From an uncultured Planctomycetales bacterium (GTDB lineage Bacteria; Planctomycetota; UBA1135; CAZMYG01): a stretch of DNA of 53,690 bases. The stretch is taken from positions 7,740 through 61,429 of the forward strand of contig CAZMYG010000003.1 in the NCBI GenBank assembly GCA_964570465.1, read 5' to 3'. This document shows, in pieces, positions 39,701-47,947 of this stretch (positions within the stretch are counted from its first letter, which is position 1; every line of letters starts with the position of its first letter). The notes beneath the pieces are model-generated. The model made no database searches and was not told the origin of the DNA. It saw only the letters and a program-made list of their open reading frames with translations. Made by a program: the position numbers and the translations under genes.

Positions 39701-41021
39701 CGCGCAGAGAAAGTATGTTTTGAATTTCTAGTTCTGCTGGACCTGGAATGCCTACAACCTGACTACATCGCAAACCGCTCGCTCCACCGGGAGCGACGAG
39801 GTCGACTTCAATTCCGTAATTGGAGAAGTCGACGCGTTGATCTTCAGGATCGCTCGCACCAACCGAAATGGTTTCGGGCATGTTTTGCGGGCTAAAGAGG
39901 GTGGCATCGGCGCTGGCGTTGCCGGCAGCGAACACAACCACTGCGCCCATCGAATGAGCCACTCGCACGGCATCTTCGATAATCGGATTGCGCGGGCAAG
40001 GACTGCCACATCCCCAACTGCAACTGAGCACATCGGCGCCGTTGAATGCTGCATAGAGAATGGCTTGTGCGAGTTCACTGGAATAGCCTGCGCCCTGATC
40101 GTTGAGGCCTTTGAGCGGCATGATTTTGGCGCGCGGCGCAACGCCGACAATTCCAATTCCATTGTTGCCGATTGCAGCAATGGTTCCAGAAACATGTGTA
40201 CCGTGTCCGTGTCCGTCGAGCGGATCGTTGTCAGGAAAATCTGGAATGACGCAAATTCCAGAGCCAATATCTGCAACTAAGCAGCTTGTGAAATCCCAGC
40301 CGCGCCAATCGTCGATAAAACCGTTGCCATCGTCGTCGATGCCGTTGGGAATCGGCGATTCGCCAGGATTGGTCCAAACATTCGCGGCGATATCGGGATG
40401 GTTGTAATCAATGCCGGTGTCGATCACTGCGACGACAACGCCTTGTCCTTGTCCGTTTGTTTGCATCCACGCATCGCGAGCGCGAATTTTCTTTAATCCC
40501 CAAAGATCTTCATAGTTTTGTCCCCACGATCCCGCGGAATGAAAGAAAGGATCATTGGGCCAGGATTCCGGGAGAGTCGGAGGAATCGAAGGTTGCAAAG
40601 GTGGGCGTTCAACAATTCTGGGAGCCGGAGAAAGCTTTGTGTGACCTTTCTCTTGTTGAGTAGTGAGAACGAGATCGAGTTGCGCGTATTCGACTGCGGG
40701 ATCATTCGCAAGCTCGGCGACAGCCGTCGCTGGATCCGTGTCGGCGATTTCGATGACATAAATAGAAGAGAGTTTCTCTAGTTCTCTGCGAGCGTTTGCA
40801 GAACGAGTGCGCGCTTGAAAGGCCGGTTTGATTTCAAACGCGTTGTATCGCGAGAGCCAGGGATCGATAGAACTTAGATTTGCTTGTTGTCCTTGCTCGG
40901 TGCGGAATTTCACAATGATTCGATTCGGCGCATATGGATTGAACTCCGCTTTGGGGAGTGAAATCTCAGGGGATTGGAAAAGAAAAAATCCAATAACTGT
41001 GTGGATGCTTGCAAATAACAC
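36726..41021 (-). CDS. Secreted S8 (subtilisin-like) serine protease with Ig-like domains and two TolB-like beta-propeller repeat blocks
   Basis: Catalytic triad VIDTG / HGTHVSG / GTSMACPHV; AAGN oxyanion; prodomain; many P.I.G..VVW.D.R.GN.DIY repeats. Confidence 0.92.
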   Translation of the reverse strand: MLFASIHTVIGFFLFQSPEISLPKAEFNPYAPNRIIVKFRTEQGQQANLSSIDPWLSRYNAFEIKPAFQARTRSANARRELEKLSSIYVIEIADTDPATAVAELANDPAVEYAQLDLVLTTQQEKGHTKLSPAPRIVERPPLQPSIPPTLPESWPNDPFFHSAGSWGQNYEDLWGLKKIRARDAWMQTNGQGQGVVVAVIDTGIDYNHPDIAANVWTNPGESPIPNGIDDDGNGFIDDWRGWDFTSCLVADIGSGICVIPDFPDNDPLDGHGHGTHVSGTIAAIGNNGIGIVGVAPRAKIMPLKGLNDQGAGYSSELAQAILYAAFNGADVLSCSWGCGSPCPRNPIIEDAVRVAHSMGAVVVFAAGNASADATLFSPQNMPETISVGASDPEDQRVDFSNYGIEVDLVAPGGASGLRCSQVVGIPGPAELEIQNILSLRASGIDMYAICGESWAGEMVLQEEYFRARGTSMACPHVAGAAAVIRSHRPDFSNDEIRQVLRISADDTDVTGFDENTGSGRLNLKRALEVQSVLHVKIQSPASASNWSSLDASIPVMGSASGADFAQYQLDYANVDDLNTWTALGEVSVNPVESGVLGYFDVSGLETGVYRIRLRVAQQDGLQYLDQVQIYLERNIQQITPSTEWEWAPAIWGERVVWVNAVNGNPLNTAVTMFDSNSQTTQSLTLGSSYAPAIWENRVVWQDKRHGNWEIYSKDLSTGQERRLTFNSADQTAPVIWGNYVAWTDFRNGNADIYLHNLVNGIQAQITADPAEQSGPAIYENKLVWTDYRHGDAEIYFYDFINHEQKRITNHPASQKGPKIWGNWIVWTDTRNPSGADTNWDIYLHDLITREEKRLTTEAALQDEPSIFGNRVVWIDRRDGNEDVYLYDLLSEETRALSAHPASQTSPKIWGNRIVWTDYRNGNFDVFLKIDESVTPLVANLASPQANSLLNPEHNWVPVFGTVAGDSLSNWQVYYRRGEEPWSPFSLVETTPVLNQLLANWEIFDLPTGNYELKLVLNSQDGLQTQSIQQVQLQRIDFEILSPLNDALLRAPDQSVSIQGIATGGDFASYQLFYTRDFGPAQWVPISAVSSSPVVNASLAQWNIGSLDNGPYRLKLQIQTTQGAVFEKERPVFVENIRAALVDPLFQTDPVLDGERIVYSQLGTDTWNVYYLNLVDGISHRLTNADESSYFDPDISGNRVVYKQFNSRTEWGDVYLVDLETEMSIPLAFDPQQESSPVISGDYVVFRGIYDESPELTLYHIPTRVAQKITADPGDLFAPAIDGNRVVWEDLRNGNRDIYLYEISSGQEIPLVVDPFLQQRPDISGDYVVWQDKRNGNWDIYWMNLVTGEERQITSSTADQTNPKINGHRIIWTDNRHYNPDVYLYDLELNLEIPITRDSAEQYATSISGNRIVWDDRRAGISNGDIYYVDLP

Positions 41022-41077
41022 CGTTTTACCTCATCAATTGCGGTCTTTCTAGGAAGCCGGAGATTCTACAGCATGCT

Positions 41078-42172
41078 TTAAACCAAGGCGAGTTGCTCGC
41101 GGCTCTGTGGACGAGAGTCGATGATTTTGTAGAAGAAATTGCGTCGTCGTGGGAGAAAGCCCGCCGCTTCAATCGATCGTTCGATTTCTGGTAAATCGAC
41201 GAGCTCGAAGCAGCCAGCCTTGGAAACCACATTCTCTTCCATCATCCCTCCGCCGAAATCGTTCACGCCATATCGCAGAGAAATCTGCGCGGTTTTGATT
41301 CCTTGAGTGACATAGCTCGCCTGGAAATTCGAAATATTCTGCAAGTAAATGCGCGCGACCGAAACGACGCGCAGATATTCCGCAGGAGTCGTCGTGGGTA
41401 CGTCGAGACAGGTGTGTTCTTTTTGAAAATTCCAACAGGCGAAGGCGGTGAATCCACCGGTTTCATTTTGCAAATCGCGCAAGCGTCTTAAGTGCTCGAT
41501 GCGTTCTTTCGCCGTTTCGACATGTCCGTACATCATGGTCGCTGTCGTGCGAAGGCCCAGATGATGCGCGTCACGCATCACGCCCAGCCACTCGTCGCTC
41601 ATGGTTTTCTTGGGAGAAATGACTTTGCGAACGCGGTCGACGAGAATCTCTGCGCCGCCACCAGGAATCGACTGCATTCCCGCTTTCATCAGGCGGTGAA
41701 TCACTTCGCGGACCGGGATTTTGTCGATTTTAGAAAGATGGTGGATTTCCGGTGGGGAGAGCGCGTGTAGATGAATCGAAGGATAGCGTTTGCGCAAATC
41801 GCTCAGCAGCTCTTCATACCATTCGGTTTTTAAATACGGGTGATGTCCGCCTTGCATTAAAACCAGCACGCCGCCGACGGAGATCAATTCTTCTATTTTT
41901 TGATAAATCACTTCGCGCGGCAGGACATAGGCCTCAGCGTCGTTGGGTCTGCGATAGAAAGCGCAGAAAGAACAATCGGTGATGCAGACATTGGTCGGGT
42001 TGATGTTGCGATCGACGATATAGCTGACAATCGGCTCAGGATGTAGCCGCCAGCGAACCTGATCGGCGAGTAAGCCCAAAGTGTTTAGATCCACTTTCTC
42101 GTGCAAGAACAGGGCTTCTTCCTCGGAGATAGGTTTGGCGTTTTCTATCTTTGCTGCAATTTCCTTGAGCAT
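41078..42172 (-). CDS. mqnC: Cyclic dehypoxanthine futalosine synthase (radical SAM, menaquinone futalosine pathway)
   Basis: YIVDRNINPTNVCITDCSFCAFYR (CxxxCxxC), SIPGGGAEIL, TATMMYGH and MMEENVV motifs. ATG 42172 avoids overlap with glyQS. Confidence 0.88.
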   Translation of the reverse strand: MLKEIAAKIENAKPISEEEALFLHEKVDLNTLGLLADQVRWRLHPEPIVSYIVDRNINPTNVCITDCSFCAFYRRPNDAEAYVLPREVIYQKIEELISVGGVLVLMQGGHHPYLKTEWYEELLSDLRKRYPSIHLHALSPPEIHHLSKIDKIPVREVIHRLMKAGMQSIPGGGAEILVDRVRKVISPKKTMSDEWLGVMRDAHHLGLRTTATMMYGHVETAKERIEHLRRLRDLQNETGGFTAFACWNFQKEHTCLDVPTTTPAEYLRVVSVARIYLQNISNFQASYVTQGIKTAQISLRYGVNDFGGGMMEENVVSKAGCFELVDLPEIERSIEAAGFLPRRRNFFYKIIDSRPQSREQLALV

Positions 42173-42212
42173 GGGCTTCAGTATATCGAAGCATCCCGTA
42201 AAATCCGCCCCT

Positions 42213-43535
42213 ATGTCTGCATCTATCGAATTCATGGAAAAGATCGTTTCGCTCTGCAAACGCCGCGGTTTCGTTTTTCAGTCGAGTGAAATTTATGGTG
42301 GTTTGAACTCTTGCTGGGACTACGGTCCGCTCGGTGTCGAGCTCAAGCGTCGTGTGAAAGAGGCTTGGTGGGAGTCGATGGTCTATTCGCGGCAAGATAT
42401 TGTCGGTTTGGATTCGGCGATTTTGCAGTCGCCCCGAGTTTGGGAAGCTTCCGGCCACGTCGAGGGTTTCACCGATCCCTTGGTCGATTGCAAAAAATGC
42501 AGACAGCGTTTTCGCGCAGATCATTTGCCAGAAGGCACGACGAAATGTCCCGAGTGCGGTGGCGAGCTTACGCCAGCGCGTAAATTCAATTTGATGTTCA
42601 AGACTTTCATGGGTCCCGTGGAAGATTCGGCGGCTCAGGTGTATATGCGACCTGAAACCGCGCAGGGGATTTTCATCAACTTCCAAAATGTGATCACGGC
42701 GACGCGCAAAAAAATGCCAGCGGGAATTGCACAGATTGGAAAATCGTTCCGAAATGAAATTACCCCCGGCAATTTTGTTTTCCGCACCCGTGAATTCGAG
42801 CAAATGGAAATGGAGTTCTTTACTCCGCCTGCAGACGCGCCCAAGTGGTACGACTATTGGAAGCAGGAGCGTTTCGACTGGTATTTGAAATATGGGATTC
42901 GCCGCGACAAGCTGCGTTTGCGCGAGCACGGCAAAGACGAGCTTGCTCACTACGCTGCAGGCTGTGCGGACGTGGAATATGAATTTCCTTTCGGTTGGAG
43001 TGAGCTCGAGGGAATTGCGAATCGAACCGATTTCGATCTCAAACGACATTCGCAGTTCAGCGGCAAGGATCTTTCCTATTTCGATGAGGAAAGTAAGTCT
43101 CGATACATTCCTTATGTCATTGAGCCCGCGGCTGGAGTCGATCGCACAGCGCTCACTTTCTTAGTCGATGCTTACGAAGAGACGACGGTGAAGGAGGAGA
43201 TGCGAGTCGTTTTGCATTTCCATCCCAAGATCGCGCCGATCACGGTTGGGATTTTCCCGCTCGTTAAGAAAGACGGCATGCCTGAGCGGGCTGTCGAAAT
43301 CGAAAAGGAATTGCGGCGTTTCTATCGCACGGCGATTGAGATGAATCAGTCCATTGGCAAGCGCTATGCGCGGCAGGATGAAATAGGGACTCCGTACTGC
43401 ATTACGGTGGATGGGCAAACCGCTCAAGACGACACTGTCACACTTCGCGATCGCGATACGACTCAGCAGGAACGTGTGAAAATCAGTGAACTTGTTGGGG
43501 CAATTGAAAAGAAGATCAAAAACTATCAGCGTTAG
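42213..43535 (+). CDS. glyQS: Glycine--tRNA ligase (alpha2 type)
   Basis: KRRGFVFQSSEIYGG, RPETAQGIF, FRNEITP..FRTREFEQME, EGIANRTDFDL and SIGKRYARQDEIG motifs. Start set at ATG 42213. Confidence 0.96.
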   Translation: MSASIEFMEKIVSLCKRRGFVFQSSEIYGGLNSCWDYGPLGVELKRRVKEAWWESMVYSRQDIVGLDSAILQSPRVWEASGHVEGFTDPLVDCKKCRQRFRADHLPEGTTKCPECGGELTPARKFNLMFKTFMGPVEDSAAQVYMRPETAQGIFINFQNVITATRKKMPAGIAQIGKSFRNEITPGNFVFRTREFEQMEMEFFTPPADAPKWYDYWKQERFDWYLKYGIRRDKLRLREHGKDELAHYAAGCADVEYEFPFGWSELEGIANRTDFDLKRHSQFSGKDLSYFDEESKSRYIPYVIEPAAGVDRTALTFLVDAYEETTVKEEMRVVLHFHPKIAPITVGIFPLVKKDGMPERAVEIEKELRRFYRTAIEMNQSIGKRYARQDEIGTPYCITVDGQTAQDDTVTLRDRDTTQQERVKISELVGAIEKKIKNYQR

Positions 43536-43665
43536 CGGAAGCTCTTAATCTCTGGATGTCACTTTTGCCGCGGCAAGTCTGCGGCTAGGCATTTCGGTCA
43601 AAAATTTAAAGAAACTTCGTAGCGATTTCGTGTTTTCTCCGGATCAATCAGCACTGGAGAAAACT

Positions 43666-44682
43666 ATGAGCACATTGCTACCATCCGATTACGGGAACTT
43701 ACTCGTCGAGATCAAGGAGAGAATCCGCGGTGCCCAATACGAGGCGCTTAAGGCGGTAAACAAAGAACTGATCGCGCTGTATTGGGATATTGGGAAGATG
43801 ATTGTCGAGCGGCAGCAACAGGAAAGCTGGGGAAGAAATGTCGTGGAAAGTTTGGCAAAGGATTTACAAGCCGAGTTTTCAGGCATTCAGGGATTTTCCG
43901 CGCAAAACCTCTGGAGAATGAAGCAGTTATATCAAAGCTATTCCACGAACGAAAAACTCTCACCATTGGTGAGAGAAATTGGCTGGACTCACAATGTCAT
44001 CATCTTGATGAACTGCAAAGACGATCTCCAACGCGAATTCTACCTCCGCATGACCCGCAAATTCGGCTGGAGCAAAAACATCCTCATCCACCAAATCGAA
44101 AACCAAAGTTTTGAGAAAACCTTCGCGAACCAAACCAACTTTGACCAAACGCTACCCGCCAAAATCCGCCCGCAAGCGAAGCTCGCTGTCAAAGACGAGT
44201 ACACCTTTGATTTTCTCGAATTAGGCGACGAACAAAGCGAGCGAAAACTCGAAGCCGCCGTGCTCGCTCGCGTTGAACCTTTCTTGCGGGAAATGGGTGG
44301 CGTCTTCTCTTTGATCGGCAGTCAATATCGTTTGGAGATTGAAGGCGAGGAGTTTTTCATCGATCTGCTGCTCTATCACCGCGCACTCAAATCTCTAGTC
44401 GCGATCGAATTGAAGACGGGCAAGTTTCTTCCCGAGTATGTAGGCAAGATGCAGTTTTATCTCGCCGTGCTCGATGAAAAAGTCCGCCTCGCTGGAGAGA
44501 ACCCGCCAATTGGAATCATTCTTTGCAAGCAAAAGAACAAAACCATTGTCGAGTACGCCCTGCGCGATTCGAAAAAAGCGATTGGCGTCGCCGCTTATCA
44601 GATTTTCAAATCACTACCCGAGAAACTCAAAACCCAACTCCCTAATCCGGAACAGATCTCGCGACTTCTAGAAGGAATGTGA
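43666..44682 (+). CDS. yhcG: YhcG / DUF1016 family PD-(D/E)xK nuclease
   Basis: YWDIG, GFSAQNLWRM, KDEYTFDFL, IDLLLYH..VAIELK, GKMQFYL and IGIILC motifs. GGAG RBS before ATG 43666. Confidence 0.92.
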   Translation: MSTLLPSDYGNLLVEIKERIRGAQYEALKAVNKELIALYWDIGKMIVERQQQESWGRNVVESLAKDLQAEFSGIQGFSAQNLWRMKQLYQSYSTNEKLSPLVREIGWTHNVIILMNCKDDLQREFYLRMTRKFGWSKNILIHQIENQSFEKTFANQTNFDQTLPAKIRPQAKLAVKDEYTFDFLELGDEQSERKLEAAVLARVEPFLREMGGVFSLIGSQYRLEIEGEEFFIDLLLYHRALKSLVAIELKTGKFLPEYVGKMQFYLAVLDEKVRLAGENPPIGIILCKQKNKTIVEYALRDSKKAIGVAAYQIFKSLPEKLKTQLPNPEQISRLLEGM

Positions 44683-44780
44683 TAGCGAACCTTCAATCGC
44701 GCTGGAGTGAAATCCCGCCGGGGCATCACATATCCGCATGCCAAAAAACTCTTGCAATTCATCGATCACAGAATACTTTC

Positions 44781-44859
44781 AGCGCTCTTTGGCGCCGAGG
44801 AGGTGCCAACCATAGGGTCGGAAGGCCCGATTAACGCTCTTGTCTGAGAGTAGAAAGGA
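44781..44859 (+). other. Putative structured 5' leader RNA (three hairpins)
   Basis: TTGGCGCC/GGTGCCAA (44789-44809), GGGTC-GGAA-GGCCC (44815-44828) and GCTCTT/GAGAGT (44836-44851). Preceded by TTGCAA-N16-TACTTT. Confidence 0.4.
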
Positions 44860-44870
44860 AGTTCTTCGCC

Positions 44871-45347
44871 ATGAAGGACGCCATCATTTCCAAGTCTTTG
44901 TCTTGCCTCCGTTCGTTAGCAGAAGATCTAAACCGCGCTTCGGATCAGTTAACCGAAGCCTTGCTTCAAACTGAAAAAGCTCTCGCGGCGATCCGTCTAG
45001 GGATTGAAGTGAGTCTTGAGGAACCCATTCTCAAAGAAACAGATTGGCTGGTGGATGAAAAAACCGGTAGGTCAACTGAGGGACCTGACTGGGAACTATA
45101 TCTCGGCTACGGGAGACGCTTTTTCAAATCAAAAAATGATTGGAGTATTTACGTCGATATCTTTTGTTGCGGTGAAATCCACTCCACCCGTCGCATTTCA
45201 GAGCTTTCCCGCGATCAACGAATCCTTGTTGCAGATCACTTGCCAGAACTTTTAGACTTCATTGCCTCAAAGGCAAAAGAAACTCTGGAAAAAGTCAAGA
45301 TAGCCAAAGTCTCCGTGGAAACAGCAACACAAACACTCGACGGGTAA
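44871..45347 (+). CDS. Hypothetical protein (helical termini, small beta core)
   Basis: 158-aa ORF with AAAGGA RBS; apparently co-transcribed with the exonuclease gene. No motif recognised. Confidence 0.75.
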   Translation: MKDAIISKSLSCLRSLAEDLNRASDQLTEALLQTEKALAAIRLGIEVSLEEPILKETDWLVDEKTGRSTEGPDWELYLGYGRRFFKSKNDWSIYVDIFCCGEIHSTRRISELSRDQRILVADHLPELLDFIASKAKETLEKVKIAKVSVETATQTLDG

Positions 45348-45368
45348 GGTTTAGGAAAGGAGCAAAAA

Positions 45369-46259
45369 ATGAAGAGAGTTCTTTTACCCGCAAGTGTCCT
45401 TGTTTTGGACGTTGAAACTAGCGAGTTCGTAGTGGATTGCCCAGAGCAGTGCAAGGTAGCTATTGTGGGAACGACGACATACTCCAGAAGTGGGGGACGC
45501 TATTCACGTGGGAGTTATCGGGTCTGGGAAGCAAATCAAATCGAGAGTCTACTTAAGTTTTTAGCTTCTTTTCCAGGTGTAATAGTCGGACACAATATCT
45601 TTGCTTTCGACTATCGAGTCATCGCCCGAAATGAAAATGGCGTGCTACACCTTCCAAAGGGCGTGATCGAAAAGTCGGTCGATACGCTTGCCGTCCTCCT
45701 TGAAAGTCCCACCGTAGCGAAATGGATCGGAGGTCCAATGGCTTTCGTGTGCGGAAGTACCCAGGAATGGGTGGCAGATAATCAGCAGTATGCGGGTCTT
45801 GGCCTTGACAATCTGTGTCGGAAAAACATTGGACGAGGCAAACGCGGAAAGGCTAGTTCGGTCGGAGATTTGTGGAGCATGGGCAAAAAAGAGAAAGTTA
45901 TCGATTACAACCGATGCGACTGCTCGTTGACATTCTCACTCTGGCACCATCTGGTAATTCACAAACAAATTGACAGATCGTATGAGCCGAAATGGAAGAA
46001 GGCATCTAGGCGTTCCATTCGTCATGATGAAAAAGTCGTGGTTAAACTGTCGAAAACTCAACTTGGTCAGCTGTTAGGGTCGAAGCCACGTTTTGCATCA
46101 CTCGCAAGGTGGCAGAACGAAGTTAAGAGAATGAAGGCTCGTATCGAGGCATTGCGAATGAAAAAGCTAATTGCAGATGATGAAGAAGGTGAGAGCTGGA
46201 CAGTTCCAATGCTCACAAAGGGAGGATATCCCTTTGTTGCGAATCTTTACCAGGGATAA
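45369..46259 (+). CDS. DEDDy 3'-5' exonuclease (RNase H-like / YprB-like) with basic C-terminal extension
   Basis: ExoI LDVET, ExoII GHNIFAFD, ExoIII YNRCD; LDNLC..IGRGK; AGGAG RBS. Confidence 0.8.
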   Translation: MKRVLLPASVLVLDVETSEFVVDCPEQCKVAIVGTTTYSRSGGRYSRGSYRVWEANQIESLLKFLASFPGVIVGHNIFAFDYRVIARNENGVLHLPKGVIEKSVDTLAVLLESPTVAKWIGGPMAFVCGSTQEWVADNQQYAGLGLDNLCRKNIGRGKRGKASSVGDLWSMGKKEKVIDYNRCDCSLTFSLWHHLVIHKQIDRSYEPKWKKASRRSIRHDEKVVVKLSKTQLGQLLGSKPRFASLARWQNEVKRMKARIEALRMKKLIADDEEGESWTVPMLTKGGYPFVANLYQG

Positions 46260-46473
46260 GTGACTGAATGGCCTTAGTTGGGTCAGTCACCGACATTCGA
46301 TTTTTGCTCACTAAAAAATTGCCGAATGTCGATTGATTGCCCCCCAAAGAAACCTTTCTTTTGGTAAATCTTAATGATGTGTAAGTTACCTCCACTCAGC
46401 AGGTTCATCCCCAAGACAAGTCATTTTGAAAGAAATGCTTGCTGCGAAAGTTGGGGGAGTAGGCACCCGTCGC

Positions 46474-47079
46474 CTAGTGCAAGATTCTCTTCAGCCGCGC
46501 CTGCACCGTGGCTTTACGGGAACGCTCTTGAATTCGTCCGATCCAGCGTCGGCATTCCTGAATTCGGAAGCCACGGGGAATTTCAATTTCTGGTAAACGG
46601 GCAAAAAGCCGGCTGCGGGCACTGGTTAAATACAGCACATCCATCAAAGCCTTCTCGGCACTGGCGAGCCGAATTGGCGGCTTTCCCTTCGTTTCATAAC
46701 CGCCGAAAAATTCCGGCGCCAAACGATGTACCGAGTACGTTCCTAAAACGGTTTTGACTTTTCGCGTGGGCCCCAGCGAAGCGACAAAAATCACCTGAGG
46801 AATCTGACTCATCATTCCGTGAAAATAGAGAGCGGAGTGAAAAGAGATGTAGGCAGGAAAAGGAGCTGTCAAGGATTCCGGGATTGCCAGGGGGTCAATT
46901 TCCGAATCGAGAGTCCAGATACCACGAGCAATTCGCAGACACAGACCCTCGCGGGCAAGCCGCGAGAGAGTCATCGAAGTAGCAGGGATCGCTTGCTTCA
47001 GTCGAATGGAAGCCTCTTCCGTCGTAAAAACCACTTTTCCCATCCGTCGCAGCTCGCCAAGGGCTTCAATCGCGTTCAT
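46474..47079 (-). CDS. abiEi: Type IV toxin-antitoxin antitoxin, AbiEi family
   Basis: N-terminal wHTH (LSRLAREG..RIARGIW), AYISFHSALYFHG..QIP, FFGGY and AEKALMD. ATGA overlap with the toxin gene. Confidence 0.85.
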   Translation of the reverse strand: MNAIEALGELRRMGKVVFTTEEASIRLKQAIPATSMTLSRLAREGLCLRIARGIWTLDSEIDPLAIPESLTAPFPAYISFHSALYFHGMMSQIPQVIFVASLGPTRKVKTVLGTYSVHRLAPEFFGGYETKGKPPIRLASAEKALMDVLYLTSARSRLFARLPEIEIPRGFRIQECRRWIGRIQERSRKATVQARLKRILH

Positions 47080-47843
47080 TTCTGCAAGCCCTCCAGGCGG
47101 TCGATCACGAGTTCGCAGATTCGCTCCCAGGCAGATTTTGTTCCAAAGATCTCTTGATGTTCGGGAGCTAGAAAGGGAACAACCTGGGACTTGAAGATTC
47201 CAAAATCCGTTTCCATCACACGCTCGATGGCGCGCGGGATGATTTCTTTTTGTGATTTAGGAAGCGCAGACGGAGCCGCGCCCGTCATTCGAAAAAGATG
47301 TTCAAGATCCCAAATATCTCGCGCCTGCGGTTCACGCCGGCCAATCAACGCAGCAATTTTTTGACGGATCGCTGCGGCAGCGGTGTAATGATTTGCTGTC
47401 GGTGCAGGCAAACCATACTCGCCCACAATTTCCGAACGTGCTGGTTCGAGTAGATAAGGCTCCTCCGTTCCTCGTCTGCTGAATTCGACTTTCGTGTGCA
47501 AGGGCAAACGACTCGCCGCGGTAGAAATCTCAAATTTCCAGCGCGGGGTCGTTTCGGTTTGCTTAGGCTTGCTGCTTTTGAGTATTTGCTGTCCTTGAGA
47601 ACGCAACAAAGTTTGGAAGGCTGGGGAAACGAGCATTTGGTCGACCTTTTCGCGCAACACATAGAAAGCGCCAGAAATCACATCGAGATCCAAATCCTCC
47701 GAATAGCGCGCACTGCCAAACCAAACGCGCAGATTCACCCCACCTTTGACCACGTAGCTCTTGCGATCGAGCCGCGTTTCCATGGCGCGCAAGAAAAGCA
47801 AGTGAAAGACTTCGACCTCTTGAATCGCCCGGCGTGTAGGCAT
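47076..47843 (-). CDS. abiEii: Type IV toxin-antitoxin nucleotidyltransferase toxin, AbiEii family
   Basis: KGGVNL, RYSEDLD and QKIAAL..R..ARDIWDL motifs. Confidence 0.88.
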   Translation of the reverse strand: MPTRRAIQEVEVFHLLFLRAMETRLDRKSYVVKGGVNLRVWFGSARYSEDLDLDVISGAFYVLREKVDQMLVSPAFQTLLRSQGQQILKSSKPKQTETTPRWKFEISTAASRLPLHTKVEFSRRGTEEPYLLEPARSEIVGEYGLPAPTANHYTAAAAIRQKIAALIGRREPQARDIWDLEHLFRMTGAAPSALPKSQKEIIPRAIERVMETDFGIFKSQVVPFLAPEHQEIFGTKSAWERICELVIDRLEGLQK

Positions 47844-47855
47844 GATCGATATTAT

Positions 47856-47883
47856 TACTTGTTAACGAATGAATGAACAAGTA
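47856..47883 (-). promoter_or_regulatory. Inverted repeat, candidate AbiEi operator
   Basis: TACTTGTT-N12-AACAAGTA immediately upstream of the abiE operon start. Confidence 0.5.
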
Positions 47884-47947
47884 GATATTTCGTTCTTTTT
47901 AACGGGTCAGCGTAATGTCGAAAGTCTGTAACTGATCCTAGACTCAA

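Noticed and set aside
42081-42259. Apparent 5' overlap of mqnC and glyQS in the ORF track
   Set aside because: Caused by longest-ORF starts. Family-like sequence begins at ATG 42172 and ATG 42213, which do not overlap.
42036-43049. 337-aa ORF antisense to glyQS
   Set aside because: Shadow ORF of a conserved housekeeping gene with no recognisable motifs; expected from codon bias.
43567-43585. GCCGCGG/CTGCGGC hairpin after glyQS as a terminator
   Set aside because: No downstream U-tract on either strand; too weak to call.
44790-44810. Glycine-riboswitch-like CGCCGAGGAG and a tRNA-like CCA end on the minus strand
   Set aside because: Flanking GGAGA and CTCTCAGG elements are absent; no T-loop (GTTCGA) or cloverleaf.
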